Source: Gammaproteobacteria bacterium (GTDB lineage Bacteria; Pseudomonadota; Gammaproteobacteria; Porifericomitales; Porifericomitaceae). Taken from it: a DNA stretch of 64,000 bases. Positions 28,031-37,452 of this stretch are shown here, piece by piece; within the stretch, counting starts at the first letter, position 1; the number at the start of each line of letters is the position of its first letter. The DNA lies in the NCBI GenBank assembly GCA_014238615.1, contig JABAAT010000038.1:78363-142362 (forward strand). The letters are read 5' to 3'. Both the position numbers and the translations under genes were made by a program. A model generated the notes under the pieces. It was not told where the DNA came from. It made no database searches and saw only the letters and a program-made list of their open reading frames with translations.

Positions 28031-30220
28031 TCAACCGGTCTTCAGACTGACCTTACCCCGGCCGGGGCAAACCAGCATCGCCAGGTACTCCGACACCCGG
28101 TCGGGCGACAATAGCGGCGCGACCGCTTCGCCCTGTACGTAGTCGACCTCGGCCCGGCGCAGCGACTCCAGCTGCTCGGGCTGATCCACCTGGTGCGCCA
28201 GGGTCTCAAGGTCCAACTGTTGCGCCACACGTATCAGGCGCCCCGTCTGTTCTTCGTCGGCGGCCAGCGCCTCCAGGCGCACCAGGTCAATGCATCGCCG
28301 GCGCCACAGCAAGGCCGTATCGCCGCTGCCGAAAGCATCCAGCATCAGGTGGATGCCGCTGCCGGAGATGCGTTTCAGCATCCCTTCCACCGCGCGGCTG
28401 CGGGCTCCCAGTACTGTCTCCGTGATACCCAGCATCAGCAGTGGTTGCGTGGAGCGCCACCCGGAGAGCAAAAAATCGGCCAGCCGCAGAATGGCATCGG
28501 CATCCAGAAGCGTGGTGCCGCTCACCAGGATGCCCCCGGGGGGCATTCCCACATCGGCCGCGCGGCGCCAGGACTCCATCTGCCGCCTCATCTCCCGGAA
28601 CACCCACTCCCAGAGCGCGGTCACTTGGCGCGAGTCCTCCAGATCGGGCACGAACTGCTCGGCGAACAGCAGGCCACGATGCTGATGCGGCCAGACCAGG
28701 CGCGACTCCAGGGCGTGCGGGGCGCCGCTCGCCAGTTCAATCACCGGTTGCCAGTGGAGTTGCAGTTCCTCGGCGCGCAGCGCCGCTTCCAACTCGCGCG
28801 CGGTAGCCCCGCGCAGGGCCACGAGGGCGTGGCCGCTCGGATCCTCCAGTTCGAAGCGCGCGCCGCCCAGGGAGTGGGCGCGGGACAGCGCGGCGCGCCC
28901 GGCGGCCAGCAGGGTTTCGGCGTCCCGCCTGCCGTCTTCCTCCAGAACGATGCCGATGCTGACCGTGACCTGTAAGTCCGCCTCCTCCGGCATCGGCAAC
29001 GGTGCCTGGGCCTGCCCCTGCAGCTGCCGCGCCGCCGCCACCGCCTTGGAAACCCCGGGCGACACCGCCAGCAGCAGCGCGTACAAGCCGTCGTTCTCCA
29101 GCAGGCAAAGCGAATCCAGCGGTCCCAGGGTCTCGATCAGGCGCCGCCCCAACTCCGGGAGCAGGTGCGTTTCGTAGTCTTTCCCCAAGCGTTGCTGCAG
29201 TTCCCCGCAGCGGTCCACGCTCAGCAGCATCAGGATAAAGCCCTGCCCCTCCAGGTGCGCGCGCCGGATGGCCCTGCGCAGGCGGTCCAGGAACAGGAGC
29301 GGAGTCGGCAGGCCGCTTTGCTCTTCATGTAGAACCAACCTCCGACTTTCCCGCTCGGCGATCGCACCCCGGCTCGCCTCCAGGATGATCCCCTCCAGTC
29401 CAAGCAGCATGCCGCTGGTCGTGAACACTCCCCGGCCTCGCTCCAACACCCAACACATCCGACCTCCGCGGCCCACCAAGCGATAATACAATTCAAAATC
29501 ACGGCTTTCGCGCAGGCCGAGCCGCACTTCACTGCGCACCCGCTCACGATCTCCCGTGTAGATTAAGTCGGCAAAGGCAACGCTGTGGTTGTTAATGATT
29601 TCATCAGGTTGATAGCCACACAGCACCGCACTGCCCACGCTGACGTATTCCATGGTCCAGTGACGATCATTGCGGCAGCGATACAACATCCCCGGCAACT
29701 GTCCGACCAGGTTCTCCAGGCCGCGATAATGAGCCCGCGTGATTTCCTCGGCCTGCATGATCTCACCGATGTCGTCCAGGGTGCCGAGCAATTCAGCGGC
29801 ATCCGGCACCGGCCCCAGCGGCTCGGCACGCAGCAGGAACCAGCGCGGTGTACCCTCGGGCATCAACAAACGCAGCCTGAGACCGGCCTCCGGGGCGCTA
29901 CCGCTCCGCACCTGCTGCAGGAAAGCGCGGCAGGAACCTTGATCCTTCGGGTGCAGGTACTTGAGGAAAACATGTCCGCAGGACTGTTCCGCCGAGCGCC
30001 CGGTCAACTCCCGCCAAGCGCCGCCGCCGAAGCGAATGACTCCAAAAACGTCCAGGCAAAATAAGCCCTGTGGCAACTTCTCAAGCAACGCGGCGCCGCC
30101 GGGAAGCGACCCGCCCCGAAAGTCGCGCGGCGACCCCTTCTTCAAGCGGGCCAGGAACTGTCGGGCGGGCGCGGCACAGCGTTCAGCTAGAGCTGAAAAT
30201 CTTGATGCTGCAGAGCCCAT
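28031..30220 (-). CDS. Signal-transduction protein with PAS, GGDEF-like and EAL-like domains; both catalytic motifs look degenerate
   Basis: 729 aa. PAS region (YRGLENLVGQLPGMLYRCRNDRHWTMEYVS), GGDEF-domain core with ENDGL in place of GGDEF, and an EAL-domain core lacking a canonical EAL triplet (..HALESRLVW..). Confidence 0.7.
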   Translation of the reverse strand: MGSAASRFSALAERCAAPARQFLARLKKGSPRDFRGGSLPGGAALLEKLPQGLFCLDVFGVIRFGGGAWRELTGRSAEQSCGHVFLKYLHPKDQGSCRAFLQQVRSGSAPEAGLRLRLLMPEGTPRWFLLRAEPLGPVPDAAELLGTLDDIGEIMQAEEITRAHYRGLENLVGQLPGMLYRCRNDRHWTMEYVSVGSAVLCGYQPDEIINNHSVAFADLIYTGDRERVRSEVRLGLRESRDFELYYRLVGRGGRMCWVLERGRGVFTTSGMLLGLEGIILEASRGAIAERESRRLVLHEEQSGLPTPLLFLDRLRRAIRRAHLEGQGFILMLLSVDRCGELQQRLGKDYETHLLPELGRRLIETLGPLDSLCLLENDGLYALLLAVSPGVSKAVAAARQLQGQAQAPLPMPEEADLQVTVSIGIVLEEDGRRDAETLLAAGRAALSRAHSLGGARFELEDPSGHALVALRGATARELEAALRAEELQLHWQPVIELASGAPHALESRLVWPHQHRGLLFAEQFVPDLEDSRQVTALWEWVFREMRRQMESWRRAADVGMPPGGILVSGTTLLDADAILRLADFLLSGWRSTQPLLMLGITETVLGARSRAVEGMLKRISGSGIHLMLDAFGSGDTALLWRRRCIDLVRLEALAADEEQTGRLIRVAQQLDLETLAHQVDQPEQLESLRRAEVDYVQGEAVAPLLSPDRVSEYLAMLVCPGRGKVSLKTG

Positions 30221-30861
30221 ACTGCAGCCTCCAGGCGTGAACGCAGGTTGAGTTTACGTAACAGGTTCTTGACATGTACCTTGACGGTGCCGTCGCTGAT
30301 GTTCAACGTGTTCCCAATCAATTTATTGCTGAAACCCTTAGTCAGAAGCTTGAGGATCTCACGCTCGCGGCTGGTCAGGCGGGAATATTGAACCTCCCCG
30401 GGCACAAACCGGCGATCGCGAAAAGCGCGGGTCAACAGCTGGGTTAACGATTCATCCATGATGACCTGGCCGGCGGCGGCGCGGCGCAGATGTTCCAACA
30501 GCTGGTTCGGGTCGGCGTCCTTGAGCAGGTAGCCGTCTGCTCCGGCGCGCAAGGCCGCTACCAGGTCCTCTTCCAGGTCTGAGACGGTCAGCACGATGAC
30601 CAACGACTCCAATTCATTTTGCTTAAGCCTGCTTAAGGTTTCCAGCCCGCTGATTCCTTTTTTCATGTTCAGATCCAGAAGGATGATGTACGGGCGCAAT
30701 TTCAGGGCCATCTCCAGGCCTTCCTCTCCCGACTGGGCCTCCCCCACGATGCGGAAATCGGGCTCCAGTGCAACCAATTGCGCCACACCGCGGCGCAACA
30801 AGGGGTGATCGTCGATGACCAACAGGCTTCGCTCAACAGGCATGGCTTTCTCCGGACTCAT
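30187..30861 (-). CDS. NarL/FixJ-family response regulator (REC + LuxR-type HTH)
   Basis: LLVIDDHPLLRRG...LLDLNM (receiver) and LTSREREILKLLTKGFSNKLIGNTLNISDGTVKVHVKNLLRKL (HTH). ATGA overlap with the upstream kinase. Confidence 0.8.
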   Translation of the reverse strand: MSPEKAMPVERSLLVIDDHPLLRRGVAQLVALEPDFRIVGEAQSGEEGLEMALKLRPYIILLDLNMKKGISGLETLSRLKQNELESLVIVLTVSDLEEDLVAALRAGADGYLLKDADPNQLLEHLRRAAAGQVIMDESLTQLLTRAFRDRRFVPGEVQYSRLTSREREILKLLTKGFSNKLIGNTLNISDGTVKVHVKNLLRKLNLRSRLEAAVWALQHQDFQL

Positions 30862-32093
30862 GAGCTTCGTTGCACGCGTCGCGGCGAAAGCGCAGCGCCG
30901 GACGCGTCGCAGGACGCCTGGAAGCGCAGGCACACGCGCGCCCCGCCCAGCGGGGCGCGTTCCAGGCTCAAACGGCCATTCATGTCGCGCACGCGCTGGC
31001 GCATGATGGTCAGGCCGTGCCCGGAACCATATCCCCTGGAAGAAGGAAACCCCTGACCGTTATCGTCCACCAGGATGCAAACCTCGTTGTCCCGGTTGCA
31101 GCGCAACGACAACCGCACTTGCTGCGCTTGGGAGTGACGCACCGCGTTGGACAGGGCCTCGCGTACAATCTGCAGTACCTGCATCTCCTCGTCCACGCTG
31201 AGCGCCCCTTTCGACAAACAATTGTCCACCTGGAAAGCGATGCCGCTACGGCTCTCGAACTCCTCCACCGAGCTCCCCAGGGCCTCGCCCAGGCTGCGCC
31301 CGTGCATGGTCAGGCGGAAGGTCGTGATGAGTTCCCGCAGCTGGCGGTAGGCGAGATTCAATCTGCCGTCCAGTTCCCGAATGACGCCGGAGGCGTCGCG
31401 CAGTGGCCGCGTTTCCTCCTCCCGGGCCAGGGCATCAAGGCGCGCCACCTGGATCTTCAGGTAGGAAAGCGACTGCGCCAGGGAATCGTGCAGTTCGCGA
31501 GCGATCAGGGCGCGCTCCTGGTAAAGCACCTGGCGCCGCCTGGAACGCTCCTGGGAAACGCTCTTCAGGAGCGTGGAGAATTCGATCGCGAGGCGCTCGT
31601 AAGAGTCCCTGGACACCGTGCCCAGGTTTTCCCCGGCGGGCAGACGCAACAGCAATGCGTCAGCCTGGTCCTGCCCATAGAGCCCCAGGGACAACCAACA
31701 GCAGCCATTCACCCATAATTCCGCGACCGGACACGACACCTCCCACTCGGCTTCAGTGCGTAAGGCATGGAGCAGGGCTGTCCTCCCCCACTTCTCATGT
31801 CCGGGAACATAAACGAGCAGCGACGGCCCGTCGTCTATCCCGGTCCGGCAAATCGCCCCAGCCTCCACGCTGCCCGGTCTCAACAGCTTATTCAGCAACA
31901 AGGAGTATAAGCGGTCCTCTTCCTCCCCATCCAAATGCTTCAGAAGGTCACGTAGTACAGAGAACCACGGCAGGATGTCCTCGGCGTCAGACGCGCTTTC
32001 AGAGCGGCGCTTTTGCGCACGCGCCCCAAGCGGGAACACCGGTTCGCGCAGCATCTGCGCGAAAACCTTCAACGAGGGTACATTCCTCCCCAT
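30858..32093 (-). CDS. NarX/UhpB-type sensor histidine kinase (HisKA_3 + HATPase_c) with a cytoplasmic N-terminal sensor region
   Basis: ARELHDSLAQSLSYLKIQV H-box and ...ILVDDNGQGF...GHGLTIMRQRV ATPase motifs. No obvious TM helices. Confidence 0.8.
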   Translation of the reverse strand: MGRNVPSLKVFAQMLREPVFPLGARAQKRRSESASDAEDILPWFSVLRDLLKHLDGEEEDRLYSLLLNKLLRPGSVEAGAICRTGIDDGPSLLVYVPGHEKWGRTALLHALRTEAEWEVSCPVAELWVNGCCWLSLGLYGQDQADALLLRLPAGENLGTVSRDSYERLAIEFSTLLKSVSQERSRRRQVLYQERALIARELHDSLAQSLSYLKIQVARLDALAREEETRPLRDASGVIRELDGRLNLAYRQLRELITTFRLTMHGRSLGEALGSSVEEFESRSGIAFQVDNCLSKGALSVDEEMQVLQIVREALSNAVRHSQAQQVRLSLRCNRDNEVCILVDDNGQGFPSSRGYGSGHGLTIMRQRVRDMNGRLSLERAPLGGARVCLRFQASCDASGAALSPRRVQRSS

Positions 32094-32621
32094 GATGAAT
32101 TTCTAGCAGCGTGTTTCCATAGCGTGGGAGAAGCTATACGACCGCGGGCAAATCAAAACTCAAGTCCTCCTTAAGCCAAGAGCCATTGACGAGTTCAACA
32201 CGGCTTGATTATACTCCACCCGGCCATTGAGTTCGTAGCACCGCCCTTTCACTTTAGTCGCCACCGGTCTCACAAATCCGGATTCCACCCAATTGAGGGT
32301 ATTTCATTATCGTTGTGTTACCTTGTAAGGAGTATTCTTATCTGGTGATTGAGCGGTTGGCTCAGCTTGATTAGGATTTCCCGTCTATTTCAAGGGAACC
32401 GCCGAGATTCTGGTCTGAACGGTATGCGCCGCACGTGTTGAGGCTTAAAGGTGTGCGCGGCGGGCGATCCGACCTCTTCAGGTAACGCCGGTACCCTGAG
32501 TTGATGCGTTCCGGTCGGAACCGCCCCGGCATGCCTCGGGAATCCGGGATATCATCCTTAGAACACAACTGGGAAGTCACCGCTCCTCGAACGCAACCTC
32601 AAAAACAGCTAAATTATAACC

Positions 32622-33962
32622 ATGACCATTCCCAAGCACGCTAAGTATCTCATCCTCGGCGCCGGCATCCACGGCCTGAGCACCGCCTACCACCTGGCGC
32701 GGGGCTTGCGCGTTCTGGGACGCGGCGACGGCCGGGACATCCTGGTGATCGACAAAACCGGAATCGGCGCAGGTGCCTCGGGCATCGCCTGCGGAGTTGT
32801 TCGAAATAACTACTTCCAACCCGCCATGCGGGAGCTGATGGTACACAGCGTGGAGGTCTGGGAGAGTGCGGCGCAAACCCTGGCGTATCACCCGGTGGGT
32901 TACGTCCAGCTGGCGCCGCGGTCGATGCAGGAAGACATCGCGTCCATCGCCGCCCAGCAACGCGCCATCGGCTACGACTCGTTGTTCGTGGAAGGCGGGA
33001 AAGACTGCGACGCCTACATGCGGGGTTATTTTGAGGACTGGCGTGCGCAGGGCATCGAATGCCTGCTGCACGAGAAGCGCGGCGGCTACGCCAACAACAT
33101 GCGCAGCATGCGGGGGCTGGCCGGCATGGCGACAGCGGAGCAGGTGTCCATCCTGGACCAGACCCGGGTCACCGCAATCCACCGCGATAACGGCGGCTCT
33201 GTCACCGGGGTGGAAACCGGGCAGGGAGCAATCGCCTGCGATTACCTCGTGGCGGCGCCCGGGCCCTGGGCTAAAAGCGTTTGGGAAATGTTGGACATGC
33301 CGCGCCGCGTGACCCTGCGTGAGGGACCCGCCGGCCGCCAACGCGAGGTGCCGATGTGGGTTTACTGGTGCCTGCAGGAAGGCACCCTGGACGTGGATCC
33401 GGGAAGCTTTACCAGCAACAGCGGAGAGCAACCGCCGGTCCTGCACGTGGACAGTTCGGCGCCCCTGTATTCGGATCGGGACGGTTCCCTGCTGCGCGAG
33501 GACCTGTGGGGTATCTACTACAAGCCGGACTTTGATTTCGGGGGCGTGCAGGGAGGCGCCGCACCCTACCGCGTGGAGACCGACCCGGAACAGGTGCGGG
33601 TGGACCCCTACGGCCCCGACTCACCCGAGTACACGGTGGACGATGGTTTCGCGGAAATGTGGATTTCCGCCCTGGCCCACTGCCATAAACGCTTCGCCGG
33701 CACCCTGCCGCACTACCGGAAAGAGGCTTCCGGCGGGATCGGCGCCTTTACCCCGGACAATTTCCCGGTCTTTGACGTGTTCCGGGAAAACTGCTACCTG
33801 ATCGCCGACTCCAATCACGGCTACAAGATGGTCGGCGTGGGCAAACTCGTCGCCGAAGAGATTCTCGGTAAGACCTCAAGCCTGCTGGAGCCCTTCCGCT
33901 ACGCGCGTTTTGCCGAAGGCCGCCTGCATCCGGTCTCCAACAGCCCCTTCCCGTGGAGTTGA
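32622..33962 (+). CDS. FAD-dependent oxidoreductase, DAO family (stand-alone SoxB-like)
   Basis: KYLILGAGIHGLSTAYHLA dinucleotide-binding motif; 446 aa. First gene of the plus-strand operon that continues into the GS-like and mgs-like genes. Confidence 0.75.
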   Translation: MTIPKHAKYLILGAGIHGLSTAYHLARGLRVLGRGDGRDILVIDKTGIGAGASGIACGVVRNNYFQPAMRELMVHSVEVWESAAQTLAYHPVGYVQLAPRSMQEDIASIAAQQRAIGYDSLFVEGGKDCDAYMRGYFEDWRAQGIECLLHEKRGGYANNMRSMRGLAGMATAEQVSILDQTRVTAIHRDNGGSVTGVETGQGAIACDYLVAAPGPWAKSVWEMLDMPRRVTLREGPAGRQREVPMWVYWCLQEGTLDVDPGSFTSNSGEQPPVLHVDSSAPLYSDRDGSLLREDLWGIYYKPDFDFGGVQGGAAPYRVETDPEQVRVDPYGPDSPEYTVDDGFAEMWISALAHCHKRFAGTLPHYRKEASGGIGAFTPDNFPVFDVFRENCYLIADSNHGYKMVGVGKLVAEEILGKTSSLLEPFRYARFAEGRLHPVSNSPFPWS

Positions 33963-34067
33963 ACAACGCCCCCGACGTCAAGCCCGGAGCTCCCCTGCGA
34001 GTCCGGTACACACCCGGTGCGCCGTCGGGCCTTTGAAATCCATCGCTAACTTTTAAGGAGTTTCATC

Positions 34068-35543
34068 ATGGCTACAACTGACCTGCAGAACTTCCTGAAC
34101 AGCAAGCAACGCGACCAGCAGGTACGGGCGGTACGCAGAAAGATCAAGCAACTCGACATCCGCTACATCTACTACCAGTTCGTCTCGGTGACCGGTCGTA
34201 TCATGGGCAAGGGCACTCCCGCCTCGCAATGGGAACGCATGGCCGCAAACGGGTTTCAGCTTGTTTACGGTGCCACCGCCAACCTGTTCATTGACCGCAG
34301 CAATAACTACATTGCCTACGGGCCGGAAGCCTGGGAACTGGTGGGCCTGCCGGAACCCGACACCTTCCTGCAACTGCCTTGGGACAAGCGCGTGGCGCGG
34401 GTCTTCTGCACCCTGTTCCGGGGACGCGAGCATGAAGAAAATCCCGGTTCCTACCTGACCTCCGACTGCCGCGGCAACCTGCGCCGCATGCACCAGGATT
34501 TCCAAAAGCGTCACAAGCTGCAGTTGCGGGTCGGCACGGAGCCCGAAATGATGTGGCTGAAGCGCGGCGAAGACGGCAAACCGGCCGGCGGCTTCAGTAA
34601 GCCCTTCTGCTACCACGTCGATCAATTCGAATCGCTGCGGCCCGTCTCCATGAAAGTCATCGAATACGCCCAGGCCATGGGTCTGGACATGATCCAGGGG
34701 GACCACGAGGACGCCCCCGGACAGCTGGAATTGAATTTCACCTATGACGATGTGATTCGCAACGCGGACCGCCTCACCACCTACCGGCAACTTTGCGCCC
34801 AGGTGGCCCGCGAGCACAACCTCATCGCCTGCTTCATGTCGAAACCGTTCATGCACGTTTCGGCCTCCGCCTGCCACACCAATCTTTCGCTCTGGAAAGG
34901 CGGCAAGGATGAGCTGAATCCGGTCGGCAACGATCCCCTCCCCGGCCTGGATACGCCCTTTACTTACGTGCAGGGGGGCACCAACACCCTCATGCCCTCG
35001 GGCAAAAATCCGCGGAAACCTGGCAAAATCGGCCTGCTCGCGATGGGCGGCCTCCTGGAACACGTACGCGGCTTGACCGTACTCGGCTGCTCCACGGTCA
35101 ACTCCTACCGGCGCCTGCTGGACTTCGGCTTCTGGGCGCCGCTGTACGCCAACTGGGGCTACCAAAACCGCACCGCCGGGGTGCGCAACTCGGCTCCCGG
35201 GCGCTTTGAATACAAGGCCGCGGATTCCATGCACAACCCTTACCTGATGGGTACCGGCCTGCTGCGCGCGATTGACGACGGCCTGGAGCGCAAGATCGAT
35301 CCAGGGCCGGCCGAGCAACGTAACATCTACGAACACATTGACGAGATGCAGAAGAAATACGTCAAGTTGCCGATGTCCCTGGGCGAGGGCCTGGACGCCC
35401 TGGAGCAGGACAAGGTGGCACGGAGCGCCCTGCCGGGCGAAATGTACAAGGTGTTCATGGACTATAAGCGTGACGAGTGGGACAAGTTCCTGGCGACCGT
35501 CACCGAGTGGGACATGGAAAACTACCTTGACTGTCTCCCCTGA
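34068..35543 (+). CDS. gmaS: Glutamine synthetase family protein, putative gamma-glutamylmethylamide synthetase (GmaS-like)
   Basis: GS catalytic-domain motifs (NSYRRL, ...SMHNPYLM...). Lies immediately upstream of the three glutamate-synthase-domain genes, which is the canonical gmaS-mgsABC arrangement. Confidence 0.65.
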   Translation: MATTDLQNFLNSKQRDQQVRAVRRKIKQLDIRYIYYQFVSVTGRIMGKGTPASQWERMAANGFQLVYGATANLFIDRSNNYIAYGPEAWELVGLPEPDTFLQLPWDKRVARVFCTLFRGREHEENPGSYLTSDCRGNLRRMHQDFQKRHKLQLRVGTEPEMMWLKRGEDGKPAGGFSKPFCYHVDQFESLRPVSMKVIEYAQAMGLDMIQGDHEDAPGQLELNFTYDDVIRNADRLTTYRQLCAQVAREHNLIACFMSKPFMHVSASACHTNLSLWKGGKDELNPVGNDPLPGLDTPFTYVQGGTNTLMPSGKNPRKPGKIGLLAMGGLLEHVRGLTVLGCSTVNSYRRLLDFGFWAPLYANWGYQNRTAGVRNSAPGRFEYKAADSMHNPYLMGTGLLRAIDDGLERKIDPGPAEQRNIYEHIDEMQKKYVKLPMSLGEGLDALEQDKVARSALPGEMYKVFMDYKRDEWDKFLATVTEWDMENYLDCLP

Positions 35544-35622
35544 ACGGGACACCGGTTTTCCCCATCCGACAGCCGGCCCTTCACACGGTGCCGGGTGACC
35601 AGGCTTTTAAGGAGTCATTATC

Positions 35623-36573
35623 ATGTGTGGAATCGCGGGACTAATCTATCGCGGAGAACAGGGCGGGATCGGCCGGGAGATGACCTCCATGCTGCATTCC
35701 CTCAAGCACCGCGGGCCGGACTCTACCGGCTTCGCCCTGTTCGGGCCGGTGCAGGAGGAACAAAATATACTGCGCTTCAAACTGGCCGAACCCCAAGAGA
35801 TGTTTGGCGAGAACCAGCAAAGCAACTTCCAAATCGAGGAGCAGCTCAAGGAGCGCCGCCGGCTGGTGGATGAGCGGCTCCAGGGGCTGGGAGTCGAGCT
35901 GCACGATCAACAGCAGTTTACGGACTACGCCTGCCGCTACAGCTTTACCTACCAGGGAGACGGCGCGGACCTGGCCCGGCGCATTGAGGATATAGAAGGT
36001 GTGGAGATCCTCTCCATGGGAAAAAGCCTGGAGCTGGTCAAGGATCTGGGCGACGCCAACACGGTGGCCGCGCGGTATGAACTGGAATCCTTCCAGGGTT
36101 CGCACGGCATCGGACACACCCGCATGGCCACGGAATCGGACGTGGATATCCGCTCGGCGCATCCCTACTGGGCCTTCCCCTTCAACGACATCGCCGTCGT
36201 CCACAACGGGCAGTTGACTAACTACTGGACCAACCGCCGCGACATGGAACGACGCGGACACCGTTTTACCTCCAAGTGCGACTCGGAGTTGATCGCGGTT
36301 TATATCGCCGACCGCCTGAACCAGGGAGACACCCTGGAAGCCGCCATGCACCGCTCTATCGAGGAACTGGACGGTGTCTTCACCTACCTGGTGGCCACCA
36401 GGGGGCAGCTCGGCATGGCCAAGGACGTGATGGCCGCCAAGCCCCTGGTGCTCTACGAAAGTGAACAGTGCGTGGCCATGGCTTCGGAGGAAGTCGCGAT
36501 CCGCGCGGTCTTCCCCCAGGAAATCGACACCTGGGACCCTTATGACGGAGAAGTGATGGTATGGCAGACATGA
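35623..36573 (+). CDS. mgsA: Class-II (Ntn) glutamine amidotransferase domain protein, N-methylglutamate synthase subunit A-like
   Basis: Starts MCGIAGLI (N-terminal nucleophile Cys), ~316 aa. First of three split GltB-domain genes. Confidence 0.75.
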   Translation: MCGIAGLIYRGEQGGIGREMTSMLHSLKHRGPDSTGFALFGPVQEEQNILRFKLAEPQEMFGENQQSNFQIEEQLKERRRLVDERLQGLGVELHDQQQFTDYACRYSFTYQGDGADLARRIEDIEGVEILSMGKSLELVKDLGDANTVAARYELESFQGSHGIGHTRMATESDVDIRSAHPYWAFPFNDIAVVHNGQLTNYWTNRRDMERRGHRFTSKCDSELIAVYIADRLNQGDTLEAAMHRSIEELDGVFTYLVATRGQLGMAKDVMAAKPLVLYESEQCVAMASEEVAIRAVFPQEIDTWDPYDGEVMVWQT

Positions 36574-37409
36574 ACAACACGCAGAGCGATGCACATGACA
36601 TGGGGCTGCATACCGAGCAGCTCGCGGGTCGCAGCAGGAAGGTCTTCTTCACCGCCGACACGGAGGAGCATTTCACCCCGGCATGGGAATGCCCGGTGGA
36701 TTTCCAGCGTGAAGCCGAGTTGGACGCAAGCGACCTTGACTCCCGGGAGGTCAATCAGCGCATCCGCGACCTCATGAGTGAGGGCTTCGGGAGCATCACG
36801 GTGCGTAACCCGGGAGCCCGGCACGGGCTGGGGGTAGGCATCCTGAACCGCCTGCGGCTGCAGTTCGACGGCAGCCTGGGCTATTTCGGCTGCGGCCTTC
36901 TGGATGGCCCGAATGTACGGGTCAGCGGCCGCGTCGGCTGGTCCTGCGCGGAGAACATGATGTCCGGCACCGTGGTCATTGAGAAAAACGCCGGTTCCAC
37001 CTTCGGCGCGGCCATTCGCGGCGGCGACCTGGTCTGCAAGGGAGACGTCGGCTCCCGCACCGGCATTGACATGAAGGGCGGCACGATCCTGATCGGCGGC
37101 CGTACCGGGGCGTTCTCCGGCTTCATGATGCAGCGCGGCCGCATGATCGTGCTGGGCGACGCCGGCAAGAATCTCGGCGACTCCATGTACGACGGCCTCA
37201 TCTTCATCGGCGGAAAAATCCAGAGCCTGGGGGTGGACGCGGTGGAAGGCGAGCTCAACGACCTTGAGCGGAAATGGCTTGCCGAGAAGCTGGCACGCTA
37301 TGGACTGGAGGCGCCGCGCGGCGTGGAAAACATGACCAAGATCGTCTCCGGCAAGCAACTTTGGAACTACGACAACCTGGAACCAGCGGAGAAGAAACTG
37401 GTGCTCTAA
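36561..37409 (+). CDS. mgsB: GXGXG-motif (glutamate synthase C-terminal domain) protein, N-methylglutamate synthase subunit B-like
   Basis: Repeated G-x-G motifs (GLGVGILN, YFGCGLLDG, VCKGDVGSRTGIDMKGGTILIGG) typical of GltB domain 3. Overlaps the mgsA-like stop. Confidence 0.75.
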   Translation: MADMNNTQSDAHDMGLHTEQLAGRSRKVFFTADTEEHFTPAWECPVDFQREAELDASDLDSREVNQRIRDLMSEGFGSITVRNPGARHGLGVGILNRLRLQFDGSLGYFGCGLLDGPNVRVSGRVGWSCAENMMSGTVVIEKNAGSTFGAAIRGGDLVCKGDVGSRTGIDMKGGTILIGGRTGAFSGFMMQRGRMIVLGDAGKNLGDSMYDGLIFIGGKIQSLGVDAVEGELNDLERKWLAEKLARYGLEAPRGVENMTKIVSGKQLWNYDNLEPAEKKLVL

Positions 37410-37452
37410 GGCGAGTACCCCGACCAACTCCCCCACCCTAAGGAACCTTAAC

